From Solirubrobacterales bacterium (GTDB lineage: Bacteria > Actinomycetota > Thermoleophilia > Solirubrobacterales > JBBDJG01), in NCBI GenBank assembly GCA_038326655.1, contig JBBQKG010000013.1:8394-72393 (forward strand): DNA of 64,000 bases. The letters run 5' to 3'. Both the position numbers and the translations under genes were made by a program. Of this stretch, positions 49,070 through 56,861 are shown piece by piece (position 1 is the first letter of the stretch; the number at the start of each line of letters is the position of its first letter). The notes beneath the pieces were generated by a model. That model made no database searches. It was not told where the DNA came from and saw only the letters and a list, made by a program, of their open reading frames with translations.

Positions 49070-49954
49070 ATGACCGAGCCGCATCTCGACGACCACAGCT
49101 GGCGCGAGGCGATCGACCGCTACGCCGCTCGTGCCCGGAGCTCCGGCTCCCGGCGACGCGGTGGCCAGGGCCGCTGGGTGTTTGCCAGCGCAGTTGTGCT
49201 CGCGCTGATGGTCTCGCCGTTTGCGATCGGCGCCACCGGCAGCGTGCTGCAGGAGGGCAAGCGCAACCCCCCCAGCGGCGCCGCCGGTCACGAGACGCAG
49301 CTCATCTCCAAGTCCAAGACCTACGGCACGCGGCAGTCGAACGTGCGAAGCGGCAACGGCGGCGGGGCGGTCTACGGCTGCCGCTCGAAGCCCGGGCGCG
49401 AGCCATGCATCCGGTCGAACAACCTCAGCTCGGGGCGCGCCTTCGAGTTCGAGACCCGCGGCGGCGAGGGCGGCAAGATCGAGGCGCGAGGCGGGTCCGC
49501 CGCGCGGCCGTTCACGACCAACGCGACCGGCGTCGCGACCGGCCTGAACTCCGACCGCACGGACAACTTCGACATCGCCCGCATCGACTTCCGGGGCGCG
49601 GTCGGCACCGCGCAGACCGACGTGCTGAACCTCGGCGGCCTGATTCTCCGGGCAAGCTGCGGCACCGGACCCGACCTGGCCGTGATCGCGACCACGACCG
49701 TGCCCGACTCGACGCTCCACATCTCGTGGGCGAAGGACCCGGGCAACCTGTCCTTCTACCGGCAGGAGAACGACCTCGACCCGGGCGAGACCTTCGCCGT
49801 CATGACCAACCCGAACGACGACTCGGCCGAAGGCACGATCTCCTACAGCACCTCCGCGGGCGCGCAGGTTAGCGTCACGTTCCAGTCCGAGGAGGGCAAC
49901 GCCTTCGGCAACACGGTCCCGTGCCTGTTCTCGGGCACGGCGCTGGGCGGGTAA
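49070..49954 (+). CDS. membrane-anchored/secreted protein of unknown function
   Basis: 294 aa from ATG 49070, with a signal-anchor (WVFASAVVLALMVSPFAIGA) then a Gly/Ser/Thr/Asn-rich domain. G/C third-position bias is seen in this frame only. Confidence 0.6.
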   Translation: MTEPHLDDHSWREAIDRYAARARSSGSRRRGGQGRWVFASAVVLALMVSPFAIGATGSVLQEGKRNPPSGAAGHETQLISKSKTYGTRQSNVRSGNGGGAVYGCRSKPGREPCIRSNNLSSGRAFEFETRGGEGGKIEARGGSAARPFTTNATGVATGLNSDRTDNFDIARIDFRGAVGTAQTDVLNLGGLILRASCGTGPDLAVIATTTVPDSTLHISWAKDPGNLSFYRQENDLDPGETFAVMTNPNDDSAEGTISYSTSAGAQVSVTFQSEEGNAFGNTVPCLFSGTALGG

Positions 49955-49982
49955 CCCCCGGCGCGCGGAATCTCCGCGTCGG

Positions 49983-50417
49983 TCACGTGGTCTTCACGAT
50001 CACCACCGAGCAGGGCGCGTTGTGCGACACGCTGTTGGGCACGCTTCCGAGCACGCGCCGCTGCATGCCCTTGTTGCCCACCACGAGCAGGTCCGCGCCG
50101 TGCTCCTCGGCGATCTCGCACAGCACATCGGCGGGGTCGCCTTCGCGCGCCTCGCTGGCGACCTCGAGCCCGCGGCCGCGGGCCTGCTCTTCGACACCGC
50201 GCAACGCCGAGTCGACGTCCTCGGTGGGGTTGATCGTCCACTGTATGTCCCCGGGCGCTTCGCGCTGCTCGCGCCGCAGGCGCTCTTCGCCAACCGGGCG
50301 GTACGAGCTGGCGACCACGACCTTGGCGCCGAACTTCTCGGCGACGTCGAGCGCGAACTCGACCGCCTTGCTTGCGGTGTCCGAGCCGTCGGTCCCGACG
50401 GCGATCGTCTGGATCAT
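49983..50417 (-). CDS. universal stress protein (UspA family)
   Basis: 144 aa: IAVGTDGSDTASKAV...DLLVVGNKGM....LGSV...V...A.C.V.IV. AAGGAGGAAAG precedes ATG 50417. Confidence 0.9.
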   Translation of the reverse strand: MIQTIAVGTDGSDTASKAVEFALDVAEKFGAKVVVASSYRPVGEERLRREQREAPGDIQWTINPTEDVDSALRGVEEQARGRGLEVASEAREGDPADVLCEIAEEHGADLLVVGNKGMQRRVLGSVPNSVSHNAPCSVVIVKTT

Positions 50418-50490
50418 CTTTCCTCCTTGCGCTTTTCGCGCCTTCGATGACTGGTTAAGATGCTTGCGGAGTCGATGCGAGGAGGAGTAT

Positions 50491-50703
50491 TTGCGCTTCC
50501 CCCTATGGATGCAAGCGCTGCTGGTCGTGATGTTGGCGGTCGTGCTGGGTCTGGCGGTCACGCAGGTCGTCAGCGATTGGAGCGACTGGGTCGTGCTCGG
50601 CGGCATCGTCGTCGCCGTGATCGGGACCATGATCGCCGTCAACCGGCGGCAGTACCCGACCCGCAAGCGCCGCTTCACGCGCGACTCCTCGAGCCGCTGG
50701 TAG
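50491..50703 (+). CDS. small hypothetical membrane protein (two TM helices)
   Basis: G/C third-position bias. TTG 50491 lies 5 nt after GGAGG, and ATG 50509 is an alternative start. Divergent from usp. Confidence 0.4.
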   Translation: MRFPLWMQALLVVMLAVVLGLAVTQVVSDWSDWVVLGGIVVAVIGTMIAVNRRQYPTRKRRFTRDSSSRW

Positions 50704-50725
50704 CCCCCGGGCGCAGCGCAGCCCC

Positions 50726-51343
50726 GTGACCGGCGGCCGCTTCGCGCCGCATGTCCGCAAGGCGACCCCGGCGGACGTGCCGCGGCTTGCACAAGCGCTT
50801 GCGCGGGCATTCGACGGCGACCCTCCGATGCGCTGGTTCCTCCGCGACGACCAGCGGCGCGTGGAGCAGGCGCGGCAGATGTTCGACGTGATGCTGCGCA
50901 CGGTGCACCTCGGCCGTGACGCCTGCTTTACGACCGACGATGTCAGGGGCGGGGCGCTCTGGGTGCCCCCCGGCCGCTGGCGCCTCGGCCTGCTCCAGCA
51001 GCTGCGACTGCTGCCCGGCATGATCCGTGTGTTCGGCCGCGACCTGGCCCGCGCCCAGCGGGGCCTCACCGTGATGGACGCTCGGCATCCGCGCAAGCCG
51101 CATTGGTATCTCGACTCACTCGGCGTCGAGCCGGAGTGGCAGGGGCGGGGACTGGGATCCGCGCTGATGCAACCGGTGCTCGAGCAGTGCGATCGCGAGC
51201 GGATGCCCGCCTACCTCAACGCCGGGTCGCCGGGGAGCCGCGACCTCTACACCCGGCACGGATTCGTCGTGACCGAGGAGTTCAGGCTGCCCGACGACGG
51301 ACCGCCGCTCTGGAGGATGTGGCGCGAGCCACACCCCGGTTGA
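50726..51343 (+). CDS. GNAT family N-acetyltransferase
   Basis: 205 aa: WYLDSLGVEPEWQGRGLGSALM...LYTRHGF pattern. Confidence 0.8.
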   Translation: MTGGRFAPHVRKATPADVPRLAQALARAFDGDPPMRWFLRDDQRRVEQARQMFDVMLRTVHLGRDACFTTDDVRGGALWVPPGRWRLGLLQQLRLLPGMIRVFGRDLARAQRGLTVMDARHPRKPHWYLDSLGVEPEWQGRGLGSALMQPVLEQCDRERMPAYLNAGSPGSRDLYTRHGFVVTEEFRLPDDGPPLWRMWREPHPG

Positions 51344-51371
51344 ACGCCTCGCAACGGGGTAACTCGGAGTC

Positions 51372-52277
51372 GTGCGCTATTTCCACTTCTGCGCTCACGA
51401 GCAGTTCCCGCCCGAGGACCTCCTGCGGCAAGCAGTCGAGGCCGAGGCCGCGGGTTTCGACGGGATCGGCTGCTCGGACCATCTTCAGCCCTGGTGGGAG
51501 GGCGGCGAGTCCGGCCACGCCTGGGTCTGGCTCGGCGCGGCGGGACATGCCACGCACCGGGTGCCGCTCGGAACCGGGGTGACGCCGCCCGGGCCGCGCT
51601 ACCACCCGGTCCTGATCGCCCAGGCGTGGGCGACGCTCGAGCGGCTGTTCCCCGGCCGGCCGTACCTGGGAGTCGGCTCGGGGGAATCACTCAACGAGTC
51701 GCCGCTGGGGGCCGACTGGCCCTCGGTCGAAGAGCAGATCGATCGCATGGAAGAGGGACTCGAGTTGATCCATCGGCTCTTCGCCGGGGAGCGCGTCACC
51801 CACCAGGGCCGTCACTTCCGAACCAAGCAGGCCTGCCTCCACACGCGCCCTGAGCGCCGGCCGCCGATCTACGTCTCCGCCTTCGGGCCGAAGGCTGCGG
51901 CGGTCGCGGCGCGGCAGGGCGACGGCCTCTGGACGCTGGCCGATCCCGAGCAGGCGCCGCGCGTGATCGACGCCTACCGTGCCGCCTGCGCCGAGGCCGG
52001 CCGGGAGCCCGGCGAGATCCTGCTGCAGGCCGGGATCTCGTGGGCCCGCGACGACGACGCGGCGCTCGAGGACGCACGTGTCTGGAAGGGCGCGCAGCCC
52101 AAGGAGTTCTACCGCGACGATTGGCACGACCCCGCGGCCATGTACGAGGAGGGCGCCCGCCAGGTCTCCGACGAGGACCCGAAGGAGGCGTTCATCATCT
52201 CGTCGGACCCCGGGGTGCACGTCGAGCGCCTGCGCGAGGTCGAAAAGCTGGGGGCGACGATCGTGGTCGCGATGAAC
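51372..52277 (+). pseudogene. LLM-class (luciferase-like) F420-dependent oxidoreductase, 3' end disrupted
   Basis: About 301 aa of good family sequence (SDHLQPWW, GVGSGESLNE, ...LGATIVVAMN). After 52277 the same frame runs on to 52847 as Arg-rich A/T-third-position noise, antisense to the 52437..54713 gene. The expected last helix (~25-30 aa) is absent. Confidence 0.6.
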
Positions 52278-52440
52278 CGCCGAGTCCGCGATACCCCAGG
52301 TGTCGGGGAGCGGGGACCCAATCGGCGGGGGGCACGACGACTCCGTCGACTGCGGCGCCGGCTTCGACGTCGTCTAGGTCGACCGGGGCGAGGCCGTGGT
52401 CGGCTGCGAGCGCGTCAGGCCGTTAGGGACCGGCCACTAG
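52276..52440 (+). pseudogene. orphan C-terminal tail of a secreted Ca-binding-repeat-type protein, with internal TAG
   Basis: In the frame shifted by one nucleotide relative to the LLM frame it reads ...SGSGDPIGGGHDDSVDCGAGFDVV*VDRGEAVVGCERVRPLGTGH* with almost all G/C-ending codons. The pattern GG.G.D..DCG.G.D...VD..D.V..CE.V is a recurrent C-terminal tail in related high-GC genomes (recalled). Confidence 0.45.
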
Positions 52441-54713
52441 GGACTGACGACGAGCTGGTGTTGCCCGGTGCCGAGGTTCAGCGCCAGCTCGATCCCTCCG
52501 GACACCGGCGTCACCGTTACGGGCTGCCCGTCGAGCGTCGCCGTGACCGGCCCGAATGCCCCGCGCAACGTCAGCGTGAACGGGCCCGGCCCGCTCGCCA
52601 CCTCGAGGCTCGCCGTGATCGGCTGAGCGGGGTCGATCCCCATGTGGCTCGTGTCGAAGCTGATCGCCTGCAGGTTCTGGAGGTGCGCCTCGAAGCCATT
52701 CTGCCGCGCGATCGACGCACCTGGCAGGCGCACCGTGCCGGTCACCGCGGCGGGCAATGGTGGACCGGGATAGACGGACTGGTAGTCGACCGGAACGGTG
52801 CGGTTGCCGCCGAGCCCGTAGGTGGTCGCATCGACCTGGCCGAATGAGCGCTCGCACGCCGTGTTGCCCGCAGCGCAGGAGTCGGTCGGAGTCCGCACCA
52901 CCATGCCGCCGGCCCAGTAGGCGCCGTCGAACCGGTGCCTGAGCTGCGGCAGGTCCATCGCGGGGTAGCGCCGGTAGGCGAGCTCGACGGGCGAGAGGTC
53001 GCGGCGCGGGTGCGCGTCCAGGAAGTCACGCGTGTGCGACCACTCGTCGCCCAGGACCAGCGCGAGGTGGTCGGCCGCCGGATAGAAGTAGAAGTCGTGC
53101 GTGCGCCCGAGGTCCGTGAAGGTTTGGGCCTGGGCCAGCGCGCCCTCCGGGGGCACCAGCTCGTCCGCGCCGCTGTTGTTCATCTCGTAGGGCAGGTCGA
53201 GCGCGTTCGTGATGATGTTGTTGGTCTGCCCGGCGAACTGATAGCTGCTGGGGGGCTGCGGGTCGGCGGGCGGGATCCAGAGCTGGTAGGCCGGTGGCCC
53301 GTAGGCGGCGGCGGCGGAGAACCGGTCGGGCATCAACATGCCCATGCGATAGGTCATGTAGCCGCCCATCGAGTAGCCGCCGATCGCGGTGCGGTCGGCG
53401 TCGATCGAGAAGTGCGCGCCGGCGTCGTTCCAGGCTTCCAGCACGTCCTCGAAGCCGGAGTCGATGTACCACGTGTCCATCCCGCGGGCGAGCGGGGTGA
53501 TCACGAAGCTGGAGCGCTGGTCGCCTAACTGGTTGTAGAGGTTCGGCGACACGGCCTCGTACTCGTTCTGGTTCACGTCCAGGGAGTGGCCGTTGATGAG
53601 CAGCGGGGCGGACGTTCCCGGAACGTAGTCGCGCGGGATGTAGAGACCGTAGGGCTGGTAGGGCGACCGGAACTGCGGGTCGGGGCTGCCGCCGACGTTC
53701 TGACCGGTCGGGTTCTTCAGGCTGATGCCCTCGCCGTAGGACTGCGGCGAGCGGAAGATGCGGTTGTAGAACCGCCCGGGCGTGGGCGCAAAGGGGTCGG
53801 TCGCGCCGTCTTCGAGCCGGGCGAGGTCGACGTCCTGCCCGAGCGCGGAGACGTCGTGCTGTGCCAGCGCCTGGGACTGGACCTCCTCTCCCCAGTGGCT
53901 GACCAGGCGCGTGAAGGTCTCTTGCGGGTCGAAGGCGACGTCGAAGGCTGCGCCGTTTCCGCCGGCGGGCGAGCCGCCACCGGGCCTGCTCGCGGTCGGC
54001 GACCCGGACGGGACCTGCATGTAGCTGCCGGTCGAGGGGTCGAAGAGCCCGCTCACGAAGTACAGGCGCACGTGGCGGTCGCGCACGCCGGGCAGGTCGC
54101 GCCAGGGAATGTCGACCTCGAGCGAGTTGTCGAGCAGCTTGGTGGCCTGGAACGGCAAACGCCGGCGCTGCCCGATCCCGTTCGTGATCGTGCTGCCGGT
54201 TCCCCAGGAAGTGACGAAGTAGTCCGCGCCCGGCGCGGTCACGCCGACGCCGTCCGGCCACTGGTCGAGGTCGTAGCGGTGCTGGCCCGCGTCGATCGCG
54301 AGCGTCACGGCGGCCGCGTCGCGCTGGAGCATGGTCTGGAGGAACACCACGAAGTGCATGCCCCAGGAGTCGGCCGCGACGCGCAGCTGGCGGATGTCGG
54401 CGGCGTTGTAGCCGTAGCGGCCGGAGTCGGTGGGATAGCGGTAGTCGCCCTGAGTGGGTGCGAGGTTGCCGCGGAAGGCAGGCTGGTTCGGCCCCTGGTC
54501 GAGGTCGGCGCCGTAGTCGTCGTAGAGCCAGTCGTCGTAGATCAGCTCGCCCTTGGAGATGCGAGTCTGACCGGACAGCATGGTCGGGTCGCCGACCCAG
54601 TCCGAGACGTTCCCGTCGGCTCGGTGCGTGGCCCCGGCGTTGGCCGGCGTGGCGAAGGTTGCAGCAAATGCGAGCGCGAGGAGCGCGCCGAACGCGATGC
54701 GGCGCCAGTTCAT
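52437..54713 (-). CDS. secreted alpha/beta-hydrolase-fold protein (esterase/peptidase-like) with N-terminal glucodextranase-C-like domain
   Basis: Signal peptide ending PANAGA, nucleophile elbow GGYSMGG, 758 aa with strong G/C third-position bias. Confidence 0.75.
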   Translation of the reverse strand: MNWRRIAFGALLALAFAATFATPANAGATHRADGNVSDWVGDPTMLSGQTRISKGELIYDDWLYDDYGADLDQGPNQPAFRGNLAPTQGDYRYPTDSGRYGYNAADIRQLRVAADSWGMHFVVFLQTMLQRDAAAVTLAIDAGQHRYDLDQWPDGVGVTAPGADYFVTSWGTGSTITNGIGQRRRLPFQATKLLDNSLEVDIPWRDLPGVRDRHVRLYFVSGLFDPSTGSYMQVPSGSPTASRPGGGSPAGGNGAAFDVAFDPQETFTRLVSHWGEEVQSQALAQHDVSALGQDVDLARLEDGATDPFAPTPGRFYNRIFRSPQSYGEGISLKNPTGQNVGGSPDPQFRSPYQPYGLYIPRDYVPGTSAPLLINGHSLDVNQNEYEAVSPNLYNQLGDQRSSFVITPLARGMDTWYIDSGFEDVLEAWNDAGAHFSIDADRTAIGGYSMGGYMTYRMGMLMPDRFSAAAAYGPPAYQLWIPPADPQPPSSYQFAGQTNNIITNALDLPYEMNNSGADELVPPEGALAQAQTFTDLGRTHDFYFYPAADHLALVLGDEWSHTRDFLDAHPRRDLSPVELAYRRYPAMDLPQLRHRFDGAYWAGGMVVRTPTDSCAAGNTACERSFGQVDATTYGLGGNRTVPVDYQSVYPGPPLPAAVTGTVRLPGASIARQNGFEAHLQNLQAISFDTSHMGIDPAQPITASLEVASGPGPFTLTLRGAFGPVTATLDGQPVTVTPVSGGIELALNLGTGQHQLVVSP

Positions 54714-54796
54714 CGATTCCCCCCCTGGAGTCTCGAATTGCGCGCATTCTAACCATGCGAGGCGCCCAGTAACGTGTCCTCGATGAGGGGCGCCCG

Positions 54797-56425
54797 TTGA
54801 GCGAACGCCAGAAACGGCTCACCCTGGCAGCGTGCATCATCGGCTCGTCGATCGTGTTCATCGACGGGACCGTCGTGAACGTCGCGCTGCCGGCGATCCG
54901 GCAGGACCTCGATACCGGCCTCGCCGACCAGCAGTGGATCGTGGAGGCGTACCTGCTCACGCTCGGCTCGCTGATTCTGATCGGAGGCTCGCTCAGCGAC
55001 CTGTTCGGGCGGCGCCGGATCTTCGCGCTCGGGGCCGGCCTGTTCGGAATCACATCGTTCATGTGCGCGGTCTCGCCGACTCCGGAGCTCCTGATCGGGG
55101 CGCGCGCCCTGCAGGGCGTCGCGGGCGCGCTGCTCGTACCGAGCACGCTCGCGACGATCGTCGCCGTCTTTCCGGAATCCGAGCGTGGCCGGGCGATCGG
55201 CAGCTGGACTGCGTGGAGCGGCATCTCGACAGTGATCGGCCCGCTCGCGGGCGGTGCGCTGATCGACGCCGCCTCCTGGCGTTGGGTGTTCGCGATCAGC
55301 CTGGTCCCGGTGGCGGTGACGCTCTACCTGATCGCGACGGCGCTGCCGAAGAGCCTCGACGAGCGCAGCGCCCACGCCCATGTCGACGTGCCCGGCGCGG
55401 TGCTCTGCGCGCTCGGTCTCGCGGGTCCGGTCTACGCGCTGATCGAGCAGCCGACCTACGGGTGGGGCGACCCGCGCGTGATCGGACCGCTGCTCGCCGG
55501 GATCCTGCTGCTGGCCGCGTTCGTCGCGCACGAGCGGCGGACACGCGAGCCGATGCTGCCACTTTCGCTCTTCTCGCGACGGAACTTCGCCGTGGGCAAC
55601 CTTGCCACGCTTGCGATCTACGCCGGGCTGGGCGCCGCGCTCTTCTTCCTGGTGCTGTTCCTCCAGGAGACCGCCGGATACAGCGCACTCGAGGCGGGCG
55701 TCTCGCTGATGCCGCTGACGGTTCTGATGTTCTTCGGATCGAGCCGGTTCGGCGCGCTCGCGGATCGCGTGGGGCCGCGTCTCTTCATGTCGGTTGGGCC
55801 GATGCTCGCCGGCGCCGGGCTTTTGCTCATGGCCTTTGCGATCGACCGCGACGCGCGATACGTCACACAGGTCCTGCCGGGCGTCCTGCTCTTCGGGCTT
55901 GGCCTCGCGATGACGGTCGCCCCCCTTACCGCGACCGTGCTCGGCGATGCCGACGAGCGCCGCGCGGGTATCGCCTCCGGCGTCAACAACGCGGTCGCGC
56001 GCGTCGCGGGCCTGCTCGCGATCGCGGCCACCGGCGCGGCCGTCTCGGCGCAGTTCTCGTCATCGCTCGACGCCCGTCTCGGGCGTGTCTCGCTCAGCCC
56101 GGCGGTCCGGACCGCCGTCGCCCAGGCGAAGCGGCGCCCGCTCACGACGAGCGCGGCGCGCGACGTCGCCGGGTCACAGCGCGCGCAGGTACGTGACGCG
56201 CTCGAGCACGCGTCGGTGTCGGCCTTCCGCCTCGGCATGGGGCTTGCCGGCGGGGTGGTGGTGATGGGCGGTGTCGTGTCCGCGCTTGGCATCCGCAACC
56301 CCAGGCGCAAGGTCGCCGCGGCCGCATGCCCGGGAGGGGCGATCTGCGGTGTGAGCGAGGAGGTCGCCCGCGACCTACCCCGGGCACGCCTGCCGGAGCG
56401 AGCCCGCGAGCCCGCGCCCGCGTAG
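54797..56425 (+). CDS. MFS transporter, DHA2 (EmrB/QacA, 14-TM) family
   Basis: FIDGTVVNVALPAI, LGSLILIGGSLSDLFGRRR and ALQGVAGALLVPS motifs. TTG start. Confidence 0.9.
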   Translation: MSERQKRLTLAACIIGSSIVFIDGTVVNVALPAIRQDLDTGLADQQWIVEAYLLTLGSLILIGGSLSDLFGRRRIFALGAGLFGITSFMCAVSPTPELLIGARALQGVAGALLVPSTLATIVAVFPESERGRAIGSWTAWSGISTVIGPLAGGALIDAASWRWVFAISLVPVAVTLYLIATALPKSLDERSAHAHVDVPGAVLCALGLAGPVYALIEQPTYGWGDPRVIGPLLAGILLLAAFVAHERRTREPMLPLSLFSRRNFAVGNLATLAIYAGLGAALFFLVLFLQETAGYSALEAGVSLMPLTVLMFFGSSRFGALADRVGPRLFMSVGPMLAGAGLLLMAFAIDRDARYVTQVLPGVLLFGLGLAMTVAPLTATVLGDADERRAGIASGVNNAVARVAGLLAIAATGAAVSAQFSSSLDARLGRVSLSPAVRTAVAQAKRRPLTTSAARDVAGSQRAQVRDALEHASVSAFRLGMGLAGGVVVMGGVVSALGIRNPRRKVAAAACPGGAICGVSEEVARDLPRARLPERAREPAPA

Positions 56426-56501
56426 CTTCTGCGGGCGCTCGACCGGACTCCAGGTCTTGGCTCGCATCGGCGCGGGTATCCTTTGCGCTGGAAGGGGAGG
56501 C

Positions 56502-56747
56502 ATGGAAGACCAACGACAAGAATTCGACTTCGTCGACCGTGAGGTCGTGCTGCGCGCCGACCTCGAGGACACCGACGACGACCGATGCGTCTGGACCTCG
56601 ATGCGATTCATCATGGAAGGCCCGCGTCACCCGCGCGTGGGCGAGGATGTCTTCCTGATGGACCGCGACGGCGGCGGCTGCCTCGGCCGCGTCGAGGAGC
56701 TGAACGGCTGGATGGCGCGCGTGCGCCTGCTTCCCGAGCCTTCCTGA
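56502..56747 (+). CDS. small hypothetical cytoplasmic protein
   Basis: 81 aa. The ATG follows GGAAGGGGAGG, with moderate G/C third-position bias. No family recognised. Confidence 0.5.
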   Translation: MEDQRQEFDFVDREVVLRADLEDTDDDRCVWTSMRFIMEGPRHPRVGEDVFLMDRDGGGCLGRVEELNGWMARVRLLPEPS

Positions 56748-56781
56748 GCCGCGCCGTCGCGAGCTTTCTCGAAGCCTGAAC

Positions 56782-56811
56782 TTGACGTCCGGTGTCATCG
56801 CCGGTTAGGCT
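56782..56811 (+). promoter_or_regulatory. candidate sigma-70-type promoter for the acylase gene
   Basis: TTGACG (56782-56787), an 18-nt spacer, then TAGGCT (56806-56811), about 50 nt upstream of ATG 56862. Confidence 0.3.
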
Positions 56812-56861
56812 CGGCGGGTCCGGGAGAGCAGGCGAGGAAACATCGGAAAGGCAGGCGTGGA

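Noticed and set aside
49033-49872. A gene starting at GTG 49048, which is well spaced from the strong SD-like GGAAGGAGGGG.
   Set aside because: The 274-aa translation is Arg-rich noise with A/T-rich third positions. The overlapping frame from ATG 49070 shows the coding bias and a signal anchor.
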